DNA from: an uncultured Verrucomicrobiae bacterium | Lineage (GTDB): Bacteria; Verrucomicrobiota; Verrucomicrobiia; Chthoniobacterales; JAATET01 | DNA: 64,000 nt | Assembly (NCBI GenBank): GCA_963719495.1 | Contig: CAVRCI010000007.1 | Location: 162,987 to 226,986, forward strand | Reading direction: 5' to 3' | In this document: piece by piece, positions 29,233 to 39,372 of the stretch | Numbering within the stretch: position 1 is the first letter of the stretch | Layout of the letters: the number at the start of each line of letters is the position of its first letter | Translations under genes and position numbers: made by a program | Notes under the pieces: model-generated | Database searches by the model: none | What the model was told of the DNA's origin: nothing | Seen by the model: only the letters and a program-made list of their open reading frames with translations

Positions 29233-30258
29233 TCATAGCAGCCCAAGCGTCTCATCAAACCCAGCCATCAGATTCAAACACTGCACCGCCTGCCCCGCCG
29301 CGCCCTTCACCAGATTATCCTCCGCGCTCAGCAGGATCAGCCGCCCCGCCCGCTCGTCCCACCGCGCCGCGATGTCGCAAAAATTCGTCCCCACGACCGC
29401 CTTCGTATCCGGCAGCCGGTCGCCAAACCGCACGAACACCTCGTCCGCGTAAGCCGCGTCCAACGCCGCCGTCACCTCCGCGAAAATCACGCCATCCGCC
29501 AACCCGGCAAAAATCGTCGTGTGAATCCCCCGCGTCATCGGAGCCAGGTGCGGCACGAAAGTCATCACGACCGCCTCGCCCGCCGCCGCGCTCAGTTCCT
29601 GCTCGATCTCCGAAAGGTGCCGGTGCTTCGGCAACCCGTAAGCCCGCAGGCTTTCGTTGCACTCCGCGTAAAGAAATCCGACGTCCGCCTTCCGCCCCGC
29701 GCCGGAAACCCCGCTCGCGCTCGACACCGCAATCGACCGGACATCCAGCAGCCCATCGCGCAGCAACGGAATCAGCGGCAGCAAAATACTCGTCGGATAG
29801 CACCCGGCCGAACCAACCAAACGCGCCCCCCGAATCGCCTCCCGGTGCAATTCCGGCAGACCGTAAACCGCCTCCGCCAATCGCTCCGGTGCCGGATGTT
29901 CCCCGCCGTAAAACTCCGAATACACCGCCGCGTCGCGCAGCCGGAAATCCGCACTCAAATCCACAACCCGCTTCCCCGCTTCCACGAGCGGAATCGCAAA
30001 CTCACTCGCCAACCCGTGCGGCAGCGCCAGAAAAAAGACCTCCGCCCCGCTGGCCAGCACCCCCCCGGCATCCGACGCCGAAAACGCCAGTTCATCGATC
30101 CCCACCAATCCCTCAAGACGAGGCATCACCTCCGCCACCGGCTTCCCGGCGTGCGTCCGCGAAGTCACCGCCACCACCTCCACGCCCGGATGGCGAGCCA
30201 GAATCGAGCAAAGTTCCTCTCCCGAGTAGCCATTGGCTCCCACGATTGCGACCTTCAC
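29233..30258 (-). CDS. argC: N-acetyl-gamma-glutamyl-phosphate reductase
   Basis: VGANGYSG, DLSADFRL, YGLPE, GCYPT, SGVSGAGR, DNLVKGAAGQA. Start approximate. Confidence 0.95.
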   Translation of the reverse strand: MKVAIVGANGYSGEELCSILARHPGVEVVAVTSRTHAGKPVAEVMPRLEGLVGIDELAFSASDAGGVLASGAEVFFLALPHGLASEFAIPLVEAGKRVVDLSADFRLRDAAVYSEFYGGEHPAPERLAEAVYGLPELHREAIRGARLVGSAGCYPTSILLPLIPLLRDGLLDVRSIAVSSASGVSGAGRKADVGFLYAECNESLRAYGLPKHRHLSEIEQELSAAAGEAVVMTFVPHLAPMTRGIHTTIFAGLADGVIFAEVTAALDAAYADEVFVRFGDRLPDTKAVVGTNFCDIAARWDERAGRLILLSAEDNLVKGAAGQAVQCLNLMAGFDETLGLL

Positions 30259-30375
30259 GATTTCCACAACCCGACTATGCCGAACCCATTTCCCCCGACG
30301 CGACTTCAAAATCGATTGACCCGCCCCCGCCCCCGATCTTTATTGAATTCCCGGTGCGAAGGCACCGTCCGTCAA

Positions 30376-30449
30376 CGGGCTGTGGCTCAGCTTGGTAGAG
30401 CGCCTGAATGGGGTTCAGGAGGTCGTGGGTTCGAATCCCGCCAGCCCGA
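30376..30449 (+). tRNA. tRNA-Pro(GGG), CCA not encoded
   Basis: Acceptor CGGGCTG/CAGCCCG, D arm GCTCAGCTTGGTAGAGC, anticodon stem CCTGA/TCAGG with loop ATGGGGT, T loop GTTCGAATC. Confidence 0.95.
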
Positions 30450-30885
30450 GGCGGATACAGGGTTTCCGGACCACCCGGAGCCCTCTGTGCTAGACTCCAT
30501 GTGCTAGAATCTTTTTTCTGAGGACCCGCGCGGTTCGTCTGGAGAGCCGCAAACCCGGGTTCCCCATCGCAAGCAAACGGTCAAACTGACCCGCGAATGA
30601 ACGCATTTTGCGGGCGAGGCGCGAAAGTCTGGGAAAGCGAACTCAAAAAAATTCACGGCGAACCGCACGCTAGGCAGGTCCCGAAGTGCGCCGGTTTGAA
30701 GAATGGCTCTGCCCCTCGAGTGAGGAGCGGGCCGTTGAGGAGAACGACCTCTCTCAGGACGGGGAAGCCTTCTCACAGAAATTTCTCCGAAGAAGAAATC
30801 TGAAGAAGATCTCCGGGGCACCGCCAGCAGGAGGGGCGAGCCAAATCACGAACATGAAATTCTGCAATTCGACCCGCCTGCCACC

Positions 30886-31224
30886 TCACCAGGATTTCGA
30901 CGGCCAATCCGGAACCGAGAAGAATCCTTCGCGGTAGGCGGCGCAAATTTTTCCGGGAAATTTTCGACCCGTGCCGATGTAGTCACGGTTCATTTTTCGG
31001 CAGCCGGAACGGTCCGCCACCCCCAATTTGAAAGCGTCGTTTTCTTTCTCCAGCCATTCCGCAGGGTCGTATTTTCCGACGATCGCGTGTCCGAGGCAAT
31101 TTCGGTCCAACGTGGAGCCGTCGTCGAATATTTGCCTTCCCAAATTTTCCCGTCGAACTGGCTCGGGACGAGCTTCGATGGGCGAGTGACGAAGGTGAGT
31201 TTGTGCCAATGATGTTTTCTTCAT
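30886..31224 (-). CDS. Hypothetical protein
   Basis: ATG-initiated 112-aa ORF with plausible composition; no recognisable motif. Confidence 0.3.
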   Translation of the reverse strand: MKKTSLAQTHLRHSPIEARPEPVRRENLGRQIFDDGSTLDRNCLGHAIVGKYDPAEWLEKENDAFKLGVADRSGCRKMNRDYIGTGRKFPGKICAAYREGFFSVPDWPSKSW

Positions 31225-32052
31225 AGACTTGGAAGATACTGACGCCGGATTGCCGAAATTTGTTCCTCAGGTCTTGCTTTTGCCCACCCCTGTTGCCGCG
31301 GCATAGGGCCGCATCACATGTCGTCAGCCCTCTGCGCCTGTGAAACCGTCGCAGAGTGCCGCATCACTCCACCTTCCTATTTCACGACCCAAGCGCGACC
31401 AACATCTGAGATGTGCGGACCTGAGTGCTTGCGAAAATCCTTTATGAGGTAGGCCGCTTGCGGAATCCGCTCACGATACCGATGCACTCTTCCAGGCCGC
31501 TTCGCTGGTTTCACGCTCGGGCCGATCACGTGCAGATCGCCGCACCGCGCCACTTTCTGCCATACCGATCCCCGCCCCGAATGCCTATCCACGAACAGTT
31601 TTTCAAGAGGTCTCCCTCCTGCGGTGCGATGACCAAGCTGTGCCGACTGGAACTGATCTTGATCGCGCCTGAATCATTTCCCAGATGTCGATTACTGACG
31701 CACCCGCTGGCTTTGTGCTCAGATAGGATGATCTCGTAAATCTCTTGATGAACCCCCGTTCCCTAACATACCGGATACCTCAGGGCGGCTATCACAGAGC
31801 GGGACAGCCTCCCACAGCAGTCACTCTTCCGACGAACCGTCCTGTCCACTCGCACGCCGACCTCACAAACGCCGACTTGTTCAACGCGCCCTTGCGCGCC
31901 CTCACCTTCGACTCTCGGAGCCGACCGCTCCTCCCTCCCTGTCCCTCGGTCCACTCGTGCCCAGCGTCGTTGCAACGCTTCTACGTCAAACTGAATACTC
32001 CCAGATGCCCGGGAGGTTCTCCAACATTCAGCCCAGGACCGCGGAGAGCCGC

Positions 32053-32769
32053 TCACCACTCATCAAGTGACCTCCAGACCGCAATGGCGAGGCCCGCGCC
32101 GAGGCCGATTGTCGCTATCCAGGCAAGATATGGGTGAAAATATCCGAGCACACCGGCCAACACCCAGTGGGCGACCCACGCTGCCCCGACCAGCCATCCG
32201 ACTCGCAGTGCTACCAGTCCCAGCGATACTGCAATCGGCAAAAACGCACCGAGAAGTGCTCCGCGCAGCAGCACGACAATCAACCCCGTTATTGATTCGT
32301 GAGAGTAGCCCAAGCCGATGAGATACAATGAGAGTGCGTCGATCCCGCCCCAGAGGTGGACGCCTAACCAAGCCCACGGGACAGCACCGGCGATGCAGGC
32401 TGCATTTGATACCTTTTGATTTTCATTCCAGCTTCGGATCGCGAACGGGAGAGCGTATGGAAACAAGAATGGAGCCAAAAATCGCAACCATTGCTTGGCG
32501 TTTTCGGCCAGTTCGGTTGCGATTGGTGGAGAAGGTTGGGCCGATCCGACGACCGGCGGCGGTTCTCCTTGCACCCGCCGTCTGCGAAAAGCTGTCCCTA
32601 ACCGCTCGATCTCGCTCAGCAAATCCTCATCGCCATTTTTGTAAGCGTTGATGATCTCGCGAGTGACATCGCCAAAAGCGACGCGCTCTCGCGGGTCGGT
32701 TGTCATATCAGGGTGATATTTCCGCAGGAGGCGGCGATAAACGGGCTTCAAAGGATCGTGTTCATTCAT
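32053..32769 (-). CDS. J-domain (DnaJ-like) protein with C-terminal TM helices
   Basis: YRRLLRKYHPD...TREIINAY, followed by several hydrophobic segments. Confidence 0.8.
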   Translation of the reverse strand: MNEHDPLKPVYRRLLRKYHPDMTTDPRERVAFGDVTREIINAYKNGDEDLLSEIERLGTAFRRRRVQGEPPPVVGSAQPSPPIATELAENAKQWLRFLAPFLFPYALPFAIRSWNENQKVSNAACIAGAVPWAWLGVHLWGGIDALSLYLIGLGYSHESITGLIVVLLRGALLGAFLPIAVSLGLVALRVGWLVGAAWVAHWVLAGVLGYFHPYLAWIATIGLGAGLAIAVWRSLDEW

Positions 32770-33256
32770 CGCCCGAAGATACCGGGCTCCGCCGCAGCTC
32801 CTCAGTGGACTCCACCCGCCCAAAAGGGAACATCAGACCGACCTCATCCCCATCGATTCGAGGTGCCGGTTCACGATCAAAATAGAGAAGCAGAGATACT
32901 CTCTCAGGGTTTTCGAAGCGATTCTCTATAGGCTACACACGCATTTCCGCTCCGCGCCCAAAGTGCGGAAGACCAGCCTATCCGACTGTCGCTGAAAGGC
33001 AGACGATGGGCGGGCAGGCAACGTTTTGGGTATTTTGTTGCTTGGATGAAATTGGGCACTTTTGCCCAGCTACAAAAGACTCGAACATTGCATCGCCCTG
33101 TGGGCGGGATTCGAGATCCGTCACTGACCCGACGATGCACCGCGCTCTTCCGTTTGGCAGCACTCGTGCCCCTGAGAACTACAATCGGTTTCCCGCCGAG
33201 TTGGTGCGACAAGTCGCCAAAAATGGATTCGAACTCAGCTTCATTTCGAAGAGAGA

Positions 33257-33631
33257 ATGCTGACCATAAATGGATATGTGGGGCGATTCCCTGCGGGGTT
33301 GTTGACCGCATGGTTCGAGGATGAAGAAATTCGAATCAGTGATTTCCACGTCTACAAGCCGCTCACCTACCGGCTCATTCCGCTCATCGCGCCGCTCTCA
33401 CCGACGAGGACAATCGTGTTCCGCGGTCGCGGACTCGGAGCGCTGATGATGGACGAGCGTCTCTGCCGCGCTCGGGAGTCTGGCAGAGCGGCTCAGTGGA
33501 CCAAATTGGCGGGCTCAGGCAATACGTCACATCGACGACCGAAAACTTTTGCGCTTGAGTATCAGATGATTACCTCCCGCGATTTCTGCGCTTTTCTCGT
33601 CCCGCAAACGACGAGTTCGATGGGAGGATGA
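33257..33631 (+). pseudogene. GNAT acetyltransferase-like remnant
   Basis: IRISDFHV...FRGRGLGALMM...ARESG (acetyl-CoA motif A), after which the sequence loses GNAT character. Confidence 0.45.
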
Positions 33632-34130
33632 GGAAGTTGCCTGCGAGACTAGTCACCTCGTATTTGGTTTCAAATCTCGCAGACCGCCCTCGGAATCGAA
33701 CCGTGCATTCGACAATGAACCCAGTCCCAAATTGCGACGATCCTGCTGCTGTGATCGCGATTGAATCGCCAACCTCTCGCCATCGGCCTTCCGCTTTGGC
33801 GAGGATGTCGTAGAAAGGCTCATCATTGGCTCGCGGGTAAAGGCTGCCGTCATATATCGTGGCCTTGCGGTTCTTCTCGAGAATGATCAAAACTCGTCCC
33901 GTTATGTAGGGGGAAGTCTGCGCAGAAGGCAGATATTTGTATGTTTCTTCAATTTGGAAATCGCCCAAGAAAGTTTTCGAGATTTTGAGCTTTGAATTCC
34001 AGGTTTTATTTGTCCCAGTCAAATTGGATTCGGTTCGTGATCCCTTCCACAGTCTTTCTCGAGGTATCTCGGCTGAAATGACGTGATGAGTTAGAAGTAA
34101 GCAAAAGATTGAAGGCAATAAGGTTCTCAT
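33570..34130 (-). CDS. Exported hypothetical protein
   Basis: Signal-like MRTLLPSIFCLLLTHHVISA; AT-rich ORF. Confidence 0.6.
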   Translation of the reverse strand: MRTLLPSIFCLLLTHHVISAEIPRERLWKGSRTESNLTGTNKTWNSKLKISKTFLGDFQIEETYKYLPSAQTSPYITGRVLIILEKNRKATIYDGSLYPRANDEPFYDILAKAEGRWREVGDSIAITAAGSSQFGTGFIVECTVRFRGRSARFETKYEVTSLAGNFLILPSNSSFAGREKRRNRGR

Positions 34131-34192
34131 ATTTTGGTTGTGAGTTGTTTGGAGGTTAGTGATTCTGTTAGGTTAGTTGCGCCTTGCTCGAT

Positions 34193-34465
34193 TTACTTAG
34201 TTTTGAGTAGGAGGACGACGACTCCTCCGACAACACAGAGCAATCCGGTTAGGCCCCACGTCCAATGCCGCCCCTTAGACCGTGCTACTAGACAGAGTCC
34301 GACGACGTATGAGACAGCCCCGAGCAGCGAGGTGATTCCTAAGATAATCTCCATGGCCCCAGACGTGGCGGTGCCCCCTTCGCTTAATGCACCCATAATA
34401 AAGTTGGGCACAATGAGTAGAGTGAGTCCAAATGCTGCTATTGTCGCTGCGGTTTTTTTTGTCAT
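34193..34465 (-). CDS. Small membrane protein
   Basis: Three hydrophobic segments; ARSKGRHWTWGLTGL. Confidence 0.65.
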   Translation of the reverse strand: MTKKTAATIAAFGLTLLIVPNFIMGALSEGGTATSGAMEIILGITSLLGAVSYVVGLCLVARSKGRHWTWGLTGLLCVVGGVVVLLLKTK

Positions 34466-34487
34466 AAGTTACTGGTCAGTGGTTGGA

Positions 34488-34916
34488 CTAGCGAATCTCC
34501 CAAGCTTTCGCACCGCGATCAGTTTCGATGGTCAGTCTCACAACTCTCACTCCCGCGTCGTTTTTCAGATTGAGCGTCTCGCCCATCTTCAGGGTTGTAG
34601 GACGAAAACTTTCACCACTTTCAATAATCTGCTTCAATTCTATTCCGTCATTTACAAAAACCTTTGTAACGGTCACTGGTTTGTCGTCGTTGTTGACGAA
34701 TTCGAAGTTCATTGGCGTGCCAAACATCGTGAAGCTTTCGAAACTGAGCTGTGGCTCACTGCTGCCGCAGCCTGAAAGAGCAAGTCCGATAACCAAACTT
34801 CCGACGAGGGGCGAAAGAACTCGGGCAAGCCTCGCTGAGACGGTTGGGCGATGGTCTTGAAAGGGTTTTGGAGCCACGTTTGTAAGTGGCACGAGAGCAA
34901 ATGAAGATTTCGGCAT
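34488..34916 (-). CDS. Hypothetical lipoprotein
   Basis: LVIGLALSGC lipobox. Confidence 0.6.
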   Translation of the reverse strand: MPKSSFALVPLTNVAPKPFQDHRPTVSARLARVLSPLVGSLVIGLALSGCGSSEPQLSFESFTMFGTPMNFEFVNNDDKPVTVTKVFVNDGIELKQIIESGESFRPTTLKMGETLNLKNDAGVRVVRLTIETDRGAKAWEIR

Positions 34917-35107
34917 TTTTGGCAGGTGCTCGGTGTCGTTCGAGCTGATGGTGATGGTCTCGCAAAGGTAAATCGTGGTCGTGCGGGCGATTGTTGTGGT
35001 GGTCAGGCGAGCGACCTGCGGGAGGATCTATGATATCGTGACGTAAATCAAGCAAAAAGTCACGATAGCGTGACCGATGTGCCCGCGTATGCTGCGACAA
35101 CAATTTC

Positions 35108-35386
35108 GTGCAGCCTCGATTAAACTGTGTCGGCTTGGCGGTCTCGGGCCGGCGAAAGAAGCTGGCCCTCACTCTCGACGAGATGGCCACGCGGTCTCAG
35201 ATTTTGGGCTGGGATATCGACAAGCGGATCCTCTCTCGGATCGAGGTCGGCTCGCGGAGAGTCAGTGACAACGAGGTGTATTATCTCGCCATCATTCTCC
35301 AGTGTGAGATAGCCTCTCTCTATCCGAACCGCGAAGAAATGGACCGGACCTATCGCCGCAGCAATCCAGCCAAGAGGAAGAGGTAG
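35108..35386 (+). CDS. XRE-family HTH regulator
   Basis: NCVG..RRKKLALTLDEMATRSQILGWDIDKRILSRIEVGSRRVSDNE. Confidence 0.8.
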   Translation: MQPRLNCVGLAVSGRRKKLALTLDEMATRSQILGWDIDKRILSRIEVGSRRVSDNEVYYLAIILQCEIASLYPNREEMDRTYRRSNPAKRKR

Positions 35387-35631
35387 AGCAATGCGCTCTG
35401 AGGGAAGGATAGCGTGCTACTGAGCGGGTGGGCTGTAGATCATCGAGGCGAACATCTCCGGCCGTTGGCTGCTCGGCTCGGAACGTGAACCCGGTGACAT
35501 GAGGAAATGCGGCACCCACCGTCAGCGCGCACGAGAACGGAGCGCACCTGTGGAAATCGACGTTTCTTCCCCTTTCATTATCGAGTATTCGAGTCTTTGC
35601 GGCCCGGAGTTCCGCTCGCATTGGACCAATT

Positions 35632-36213
35632 CTACAGGCTCAGAATTGCCGCATCCACATCCGCTTCCTCGAAGCTAATATACTTGACCGTCGTAGCAAC
35701 ACTTGCGTGCCGCATAGCTCGACAGGTGCGGACCAAGTCGTATCCGAGCGCTTCATAGATTTTTCGGGCGTAGGTTTTGCGAGCCGTGTGACAACCCAAT
35801 TCTCCCCGCGCTCCATACAATCCCGCTTTCGAGAATGCTGCTTTGATGATTTTCCACGACTGAACACGGTTGAGGCACGTGCGCGGTTGGCGGCCCGGAA
35901 ATACGAACGCTTCCGGATGCCTTGCGGAGAGAGAGTCGATTTGGAGCTGTAAAGCGGCAGCCGCCTCTGCATGGAGAGGCATGTCCACACCAGCGCGTTT
36001 TCCCTTCAGTGCCGCGCGTCGCACGCGTATCCGATCCCGAACTTTGCCACCGTGCGAAATGTCTCCGACCCGCAGCGACAACGTTGATGAGATACGAAGA
36101 CCGGTTTTGAGCATTGTCACGAAAATCGCGCGATCTCTGACGACAGCAGCTCCTTCAAACGCGTCGAGAACGCTCTGAATTTCGTCATCGGTGAGAGGTC
36201 TACATCCACGCAT
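35632..36213 (-). CDS. Small tyrosine recombinase (catalytic domain only)
   Basis: RDRAIF..KTGLRISS, HTARKT, RHASVATTVKY (R, HxxR, H, Y). Confidence 0.9.
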   Translation of the reverse strand: MRGCRPLTDDEIQSVLDAFEGAAVVRDRAIFVTMLKTGLRISSTLSLRVGDISHGGKVRDRIRVRRAALKGKRAGVDMPLHAEAAAALQLQIDSLSARHPEAFVFPGRQPRTCLNRVQSWKIIKAAFSKAGLYGARGELGCHTARKTYARKIYEALGYDLVRTCRAMRHASVATTVKYISFEEADVDAAILSL

Positions 36214-36554
36214 GAATCGAAGATACGAACCCGATTTACCGAGCTTCTGGGCCTGTCAAAGTGTCCGTGGCAAGCCAGCGCCCCAATCGAATAAGATGCA
36301 GGCCGCCGCGAGCGAATGCTGCGACGGCCTGCTGTTCCCCCCAGAACACAATCACCGATCGCAGGGCGCGTGCCGGATCCCAAGTGACGCTTCCGTCATG
36401 AAGTCCCCTCCTCTACTGCGAGGCAACAAAACAACGAAAACGTTGCCTCGCCTCTGTGGGAGAGATTCCGCCTCGGCCCCCTTTTCCAGCCCTCCGATGC
36501 GGAGATTGGAAATGCGCGGTCGAAGCGCCAGCCTCCTCCGAGATCGCCCGGGCG

Positions 36555-37664
36555 CTATCCGATATTGAGGTGATAACGCGTGCTCTTGAGCATTCCGGTT
36601 TTCGACATGGCTCCCAAGCGGACCAGCTCCTGCAAGTCACGCGTCGCCGTTGCGCGTGAGGTCCCGGTGATACGGATATATTTGTCGGCACTCATCCCCC
36701 CTTTAAAGCCGTCTGCCTCACGGAACATCCGCACGATTGCCTTCTCCTGCCGCTCGTTGAACTGCCCGCGATATTGCTCGAAAAACTTGGCCTTTCCGAT
36801 GATCCGATCGACTGCTTTTTGTGTCGCGAGCTGCGCGGACAAGGCGGTTTCCGCGAAATAGACCAGCCATGAGGTGATCTCGAGTCCCTGATTGTTCCGC
36901 TCGAGAAGCTCGTAGTAGATTTTTCTGCGACTGTTGATCGCTTGAGACAATGAGATCAGCGTCGGACGTCCCAACGATTCGGCGATCGACTTCTCGCTGA
37001 TCGCACGGCCGATCCGGCCATTTCCATCCTCGAAAGGATGGACGCTCACAAAATAGAGATGAGCAATGCCCGCGCGGGTCAGGAGTGGAAGCGGCCGATT
37101 GGCCGACGGACCGGTCTCTTGGAACCATTCGAAGAATTTCTGCATCTCGCGAGGCACGGCGTCGGCGGGAGGTCCCTCGAAATGGACCTTCGGATCATGC
37201 AGCGGTCCAGAGACGACCTGCATCGGATCGTTTCCCTTGCGATATCGTCCGATGTCCCGCAGGTCGCGGCGGCCGGTCGTCAGCATCGCATGCCATTTGA
37301 ACAAAGTTTCCTCGGTCAGCGGTTCTTGCGAATGCTGGTAGAGGTCGCTGAGCATTTCCGCGATTCCCTGCTCTGCCGGGGAGACTTTCCGGGAATCCGT
37401 CGGCAGGCCCAACTGCTTGCGGATCGAGGATTGGACACTGTCCCGATTGAGGATTTCACCTTCGATCTCGGATGTCTGCACGGCTTCATCACTGATCAGG
37501 CTGACAATGAGCGATTTCCGGTCTTCGTCACCGGTGTGTTTCAGAGTTCCAACAAGCGTTCCCGCTTGGAGCAAGAAGTCGCTTTCCAGCTTCTCCAACG
37601 TTCCGTAATCGAAACGGAAGTTCGGCCACTCGGCCTTTTGCCAATTCCATCTCACCTCCTCCAT
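36555..37664 (-). CDS. Fic-family protein (DUF4172-like N-terminus, C-terminal HTH)
   Basis: WNWQKAEWPNF, inhibitory motif TSEIEG, HPFEDGNGRIGR, SRATATRDLQEL. Confidence 0.92.
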   Translation of the reverse strand: MEEVRWNWQKAEWPNFRFDYGTLEKLESDFLLQAGTLVGTLKHTGDEDRKSLIVSLISDEAVQTSEIEGEILNRDSVQSSIRKQLGLPTDSRKVSPAEQGIAEMLSDLYQHSQEPLTEETLFKWHAMLTTGRRDLRDIGRYRKGNDPMQVVSGPLHDPKVHFEGPPADAVPREMQKFFEWFQETGPSANRPLPLLTRAGIAHLYFVSVHPFEDGNGRIGRAISEKSIAESLGRPTLISLSQAINSRRKIYYELLERNNQGLEITSWLVYFAETALSAQLATQKAVDRIIGKAKFFEQYRGQFNERQEKAIVRMFREADGFKGGMSADKYIRITGTSRATATRDLQELVRLGAMSKTGMLKSTRYHLNIG

Positions 37665-37737
37665 AAGGAATAGAGACACGCTTTATAGCTCATGTTCAAT
37701 CATTTTATGATCTATAAAACCTGAATTTATTGCTCAT
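37663..37737. promoter_or_regulatory. Two palindromic operators upstream of Fic copy 1
   Basis: Imperfect ATGAGCnATAAA-N7-TTTATnGCTCAT at 37663-37693 and 37707-37737; same layout at Fic copy 2. Confidence 0.6.
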
Positions 37738-37854
37738 CTACACTCTGGTAAGAAGATTTCGGAATTCTTCCGTCGCCCGGTGAAATCTTCGATTGAAGAT
37801 GCCATGGGATAATTAACAGATTGGGGATTATCGATCGAGGTTCGCCGTCACCTC

Positions 37855-38313
37855 TTACCGACCATCTTGAAGTGAGACAATCACCTCCCAATTGCCCTTT
37901 AATTTTCGGGCCTTGGTCAAGAACTCAACCACCGCGGGAGTAAACGAACGGTAATTTCCAAGCTCACCAAATCCGCCGCGCAAGCAGATGAGACTGCAAC
38001 GAAGGATCTCCGTAATTTGGATAATATGGTTTGCTGATTTGGCTCGATCTTCATCATTTGGGGCACGGTTGACGTCAAAAGCATGAATCGATAACCAACA
38101 CGAGTAGCCCGTGAGCGTTGCCTTGCCTTGGCCCGACAACTCCCGCAGTTTCCGGGTTGCACTCACGAAATGACTGAAGGGCAGTTCGGTCTCGCCGCTC
38201 TCCTTCAACTCCTTGGCGCGCCGCCAAAACTCAGGAAGCGCAAATTCAAGTCCGGCGGCAGCAGCAGAAATCTCTTCAAGAGTTATTGCAAAAGCATTTA
38301 CCGCCTCCATCAT
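37855..38313 (-). CDS. Hypothetical protein coupled to AAA ATPase
   Basis: ATGA overlap with the ATPase stop; 152 aa. Confidence 0.65.
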   Translation of the reverse strand: MMEAVNAFAITLEEISAAAAGLEFALPEFWRRAKELKESGETELPFSHFVSATRKLRELSGQGKATLTGYSCWLSIHAFDVNRAPNDEDRAKSANHIIQITEILRCSLICLRGGFGELGNYRSFTPAVVEFLTKARKLKGNWEVIVSLQDGR

Positions 38314-39299
38314 TCGATCATTGATCTTCTTTTCGACTCTACCCCGTTGGTTTTTTGGATCCCCGAAGCAGATGACGACGCGGCAGTTCTAGGAGCCGTT
38401 GTCGCGGAACAGTTTTCCGGCAATTTCGACCCGCGAGTCAGACCATCTGCGATCTCACGAAGGCAAGTTGACGCATATCCCTCAAGCCACCTCATCATCT
38501 TTCCGCTTGATAGTGCCTCATTGACGCTCTCACCGAGTCGATGATCGCTCAAAGGCGGCAAAGTCAACCGGGATCGGATGTCCAAAATCCTGGCTGCAAA
38601 CTCATCGGCCGTCGGCGGCTCGAGCACGATCAGTTTGTCGTTAAATCGAAAAACCAATTCATCGGGAACATTATTCTGAGCCCGCACTGCCCTTTCGTAA
38701 CGGACTGAGGATGTCGTCAGATCAACTTGACCGTCCGATTGGAAGCCGATCTTTGGAGCAACGGAACGAGTTTTCCACTCCGCTTGAAACGCCGCTGCAC
38801 CCGCCACGAAAAACCGCGTTCGCAGGTGCTCACGGATTCCGTCAAATCCCATCGCGTCCAATCGTCCGTCCCCGTCTAGAAAGGCAATGATTTCAGAAAA
38901 GACATCCGCAGTCCAGGCACTTGAGCTGGCGTGTTCGGAAGTGAGCTTGTTGACCTCGTCCAAGAAGATGATGCCCGCTTCGTTGGACCTGACAAAATCG
39001 GCGATTTGTCCAAGAGTCGCTGGGATGTCGGCTTTGGCGCCGCGGACGATCCAATTTTGCACATTGACGCCGAACGCCGGCAGGTTGTTTTGGGCAGCGA
39101 GCTTGTTGATCAAGAATGTTTTTCCTGCCCCGGATCGAGCGATGATCAATGGGCTCGGGCGAGTAGAAATTCCGCCAATTTGGTGAATTCCACGCCGGTG
39201 CATCTCGTGGAAGAACTCAAGGTCAGCATATGCTGTCGCCTTTGAAAGAGTGAACTTGGTGTCCGAAGGAGGTGGATTTGAATCAGCATTTGTTTTCAT
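38310..39299 (-). CDS. AAA+ ATPase (ClpX/HslU-like motifs)
   Basis: Walker A ARSGAGKT, Walker B IIFLDEVNK, FFVAGAAAF, VPDELVFRF. Confidence 0.8.
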   Translation of the reverse strand: MKTNADSNPPPSDTKFTLSKATAYADLEFFHEMHRRGIHQIGGISTRPSPLIIARSGAGKTFLINKLAAQNNLPAFGVNVQNWIVRGAKADIPATLGQIADFVRSNEAGIIFLDEVNKLTSEHASSSAWTADVFSEIIAFLDGDGRLDAMGFDGIREHLRTRFFVAGAAAFQAEWKTRSVAPKIGFQSDGQVDLTTSSVRYERAVRAQNNVPDELVFRFNDKLIVLEPPTADEFAARILDIRSRLTLPPLSDHRLGESVNEALSSGKMMRWLEGYASTCLREIADGLTRGSKLPENCSATTAPRTAASSSASGIQKTNGVESKRRSMIE

Positions 39300-39372
39300 G
39301 ATGGGGGAAGACACGAACCTCCATTTTCGGCCCCCCATCGCTGTGCCAATAGAACGCAAACGCGTTTAGGTC

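Noticed and set aside
31300..32050. Short ORFs, including an RHH-like stretch (LNKSAFVRSACE)
   Set aside because: No clean start or convincing motif; cannot be supported.
33103..33114. 12-bp inverted match to the tRNA T-arm as an att site
   Set aside because: Short, in the wrong orientation, and a similar match occurs at 15571 outside the island; likely chance.
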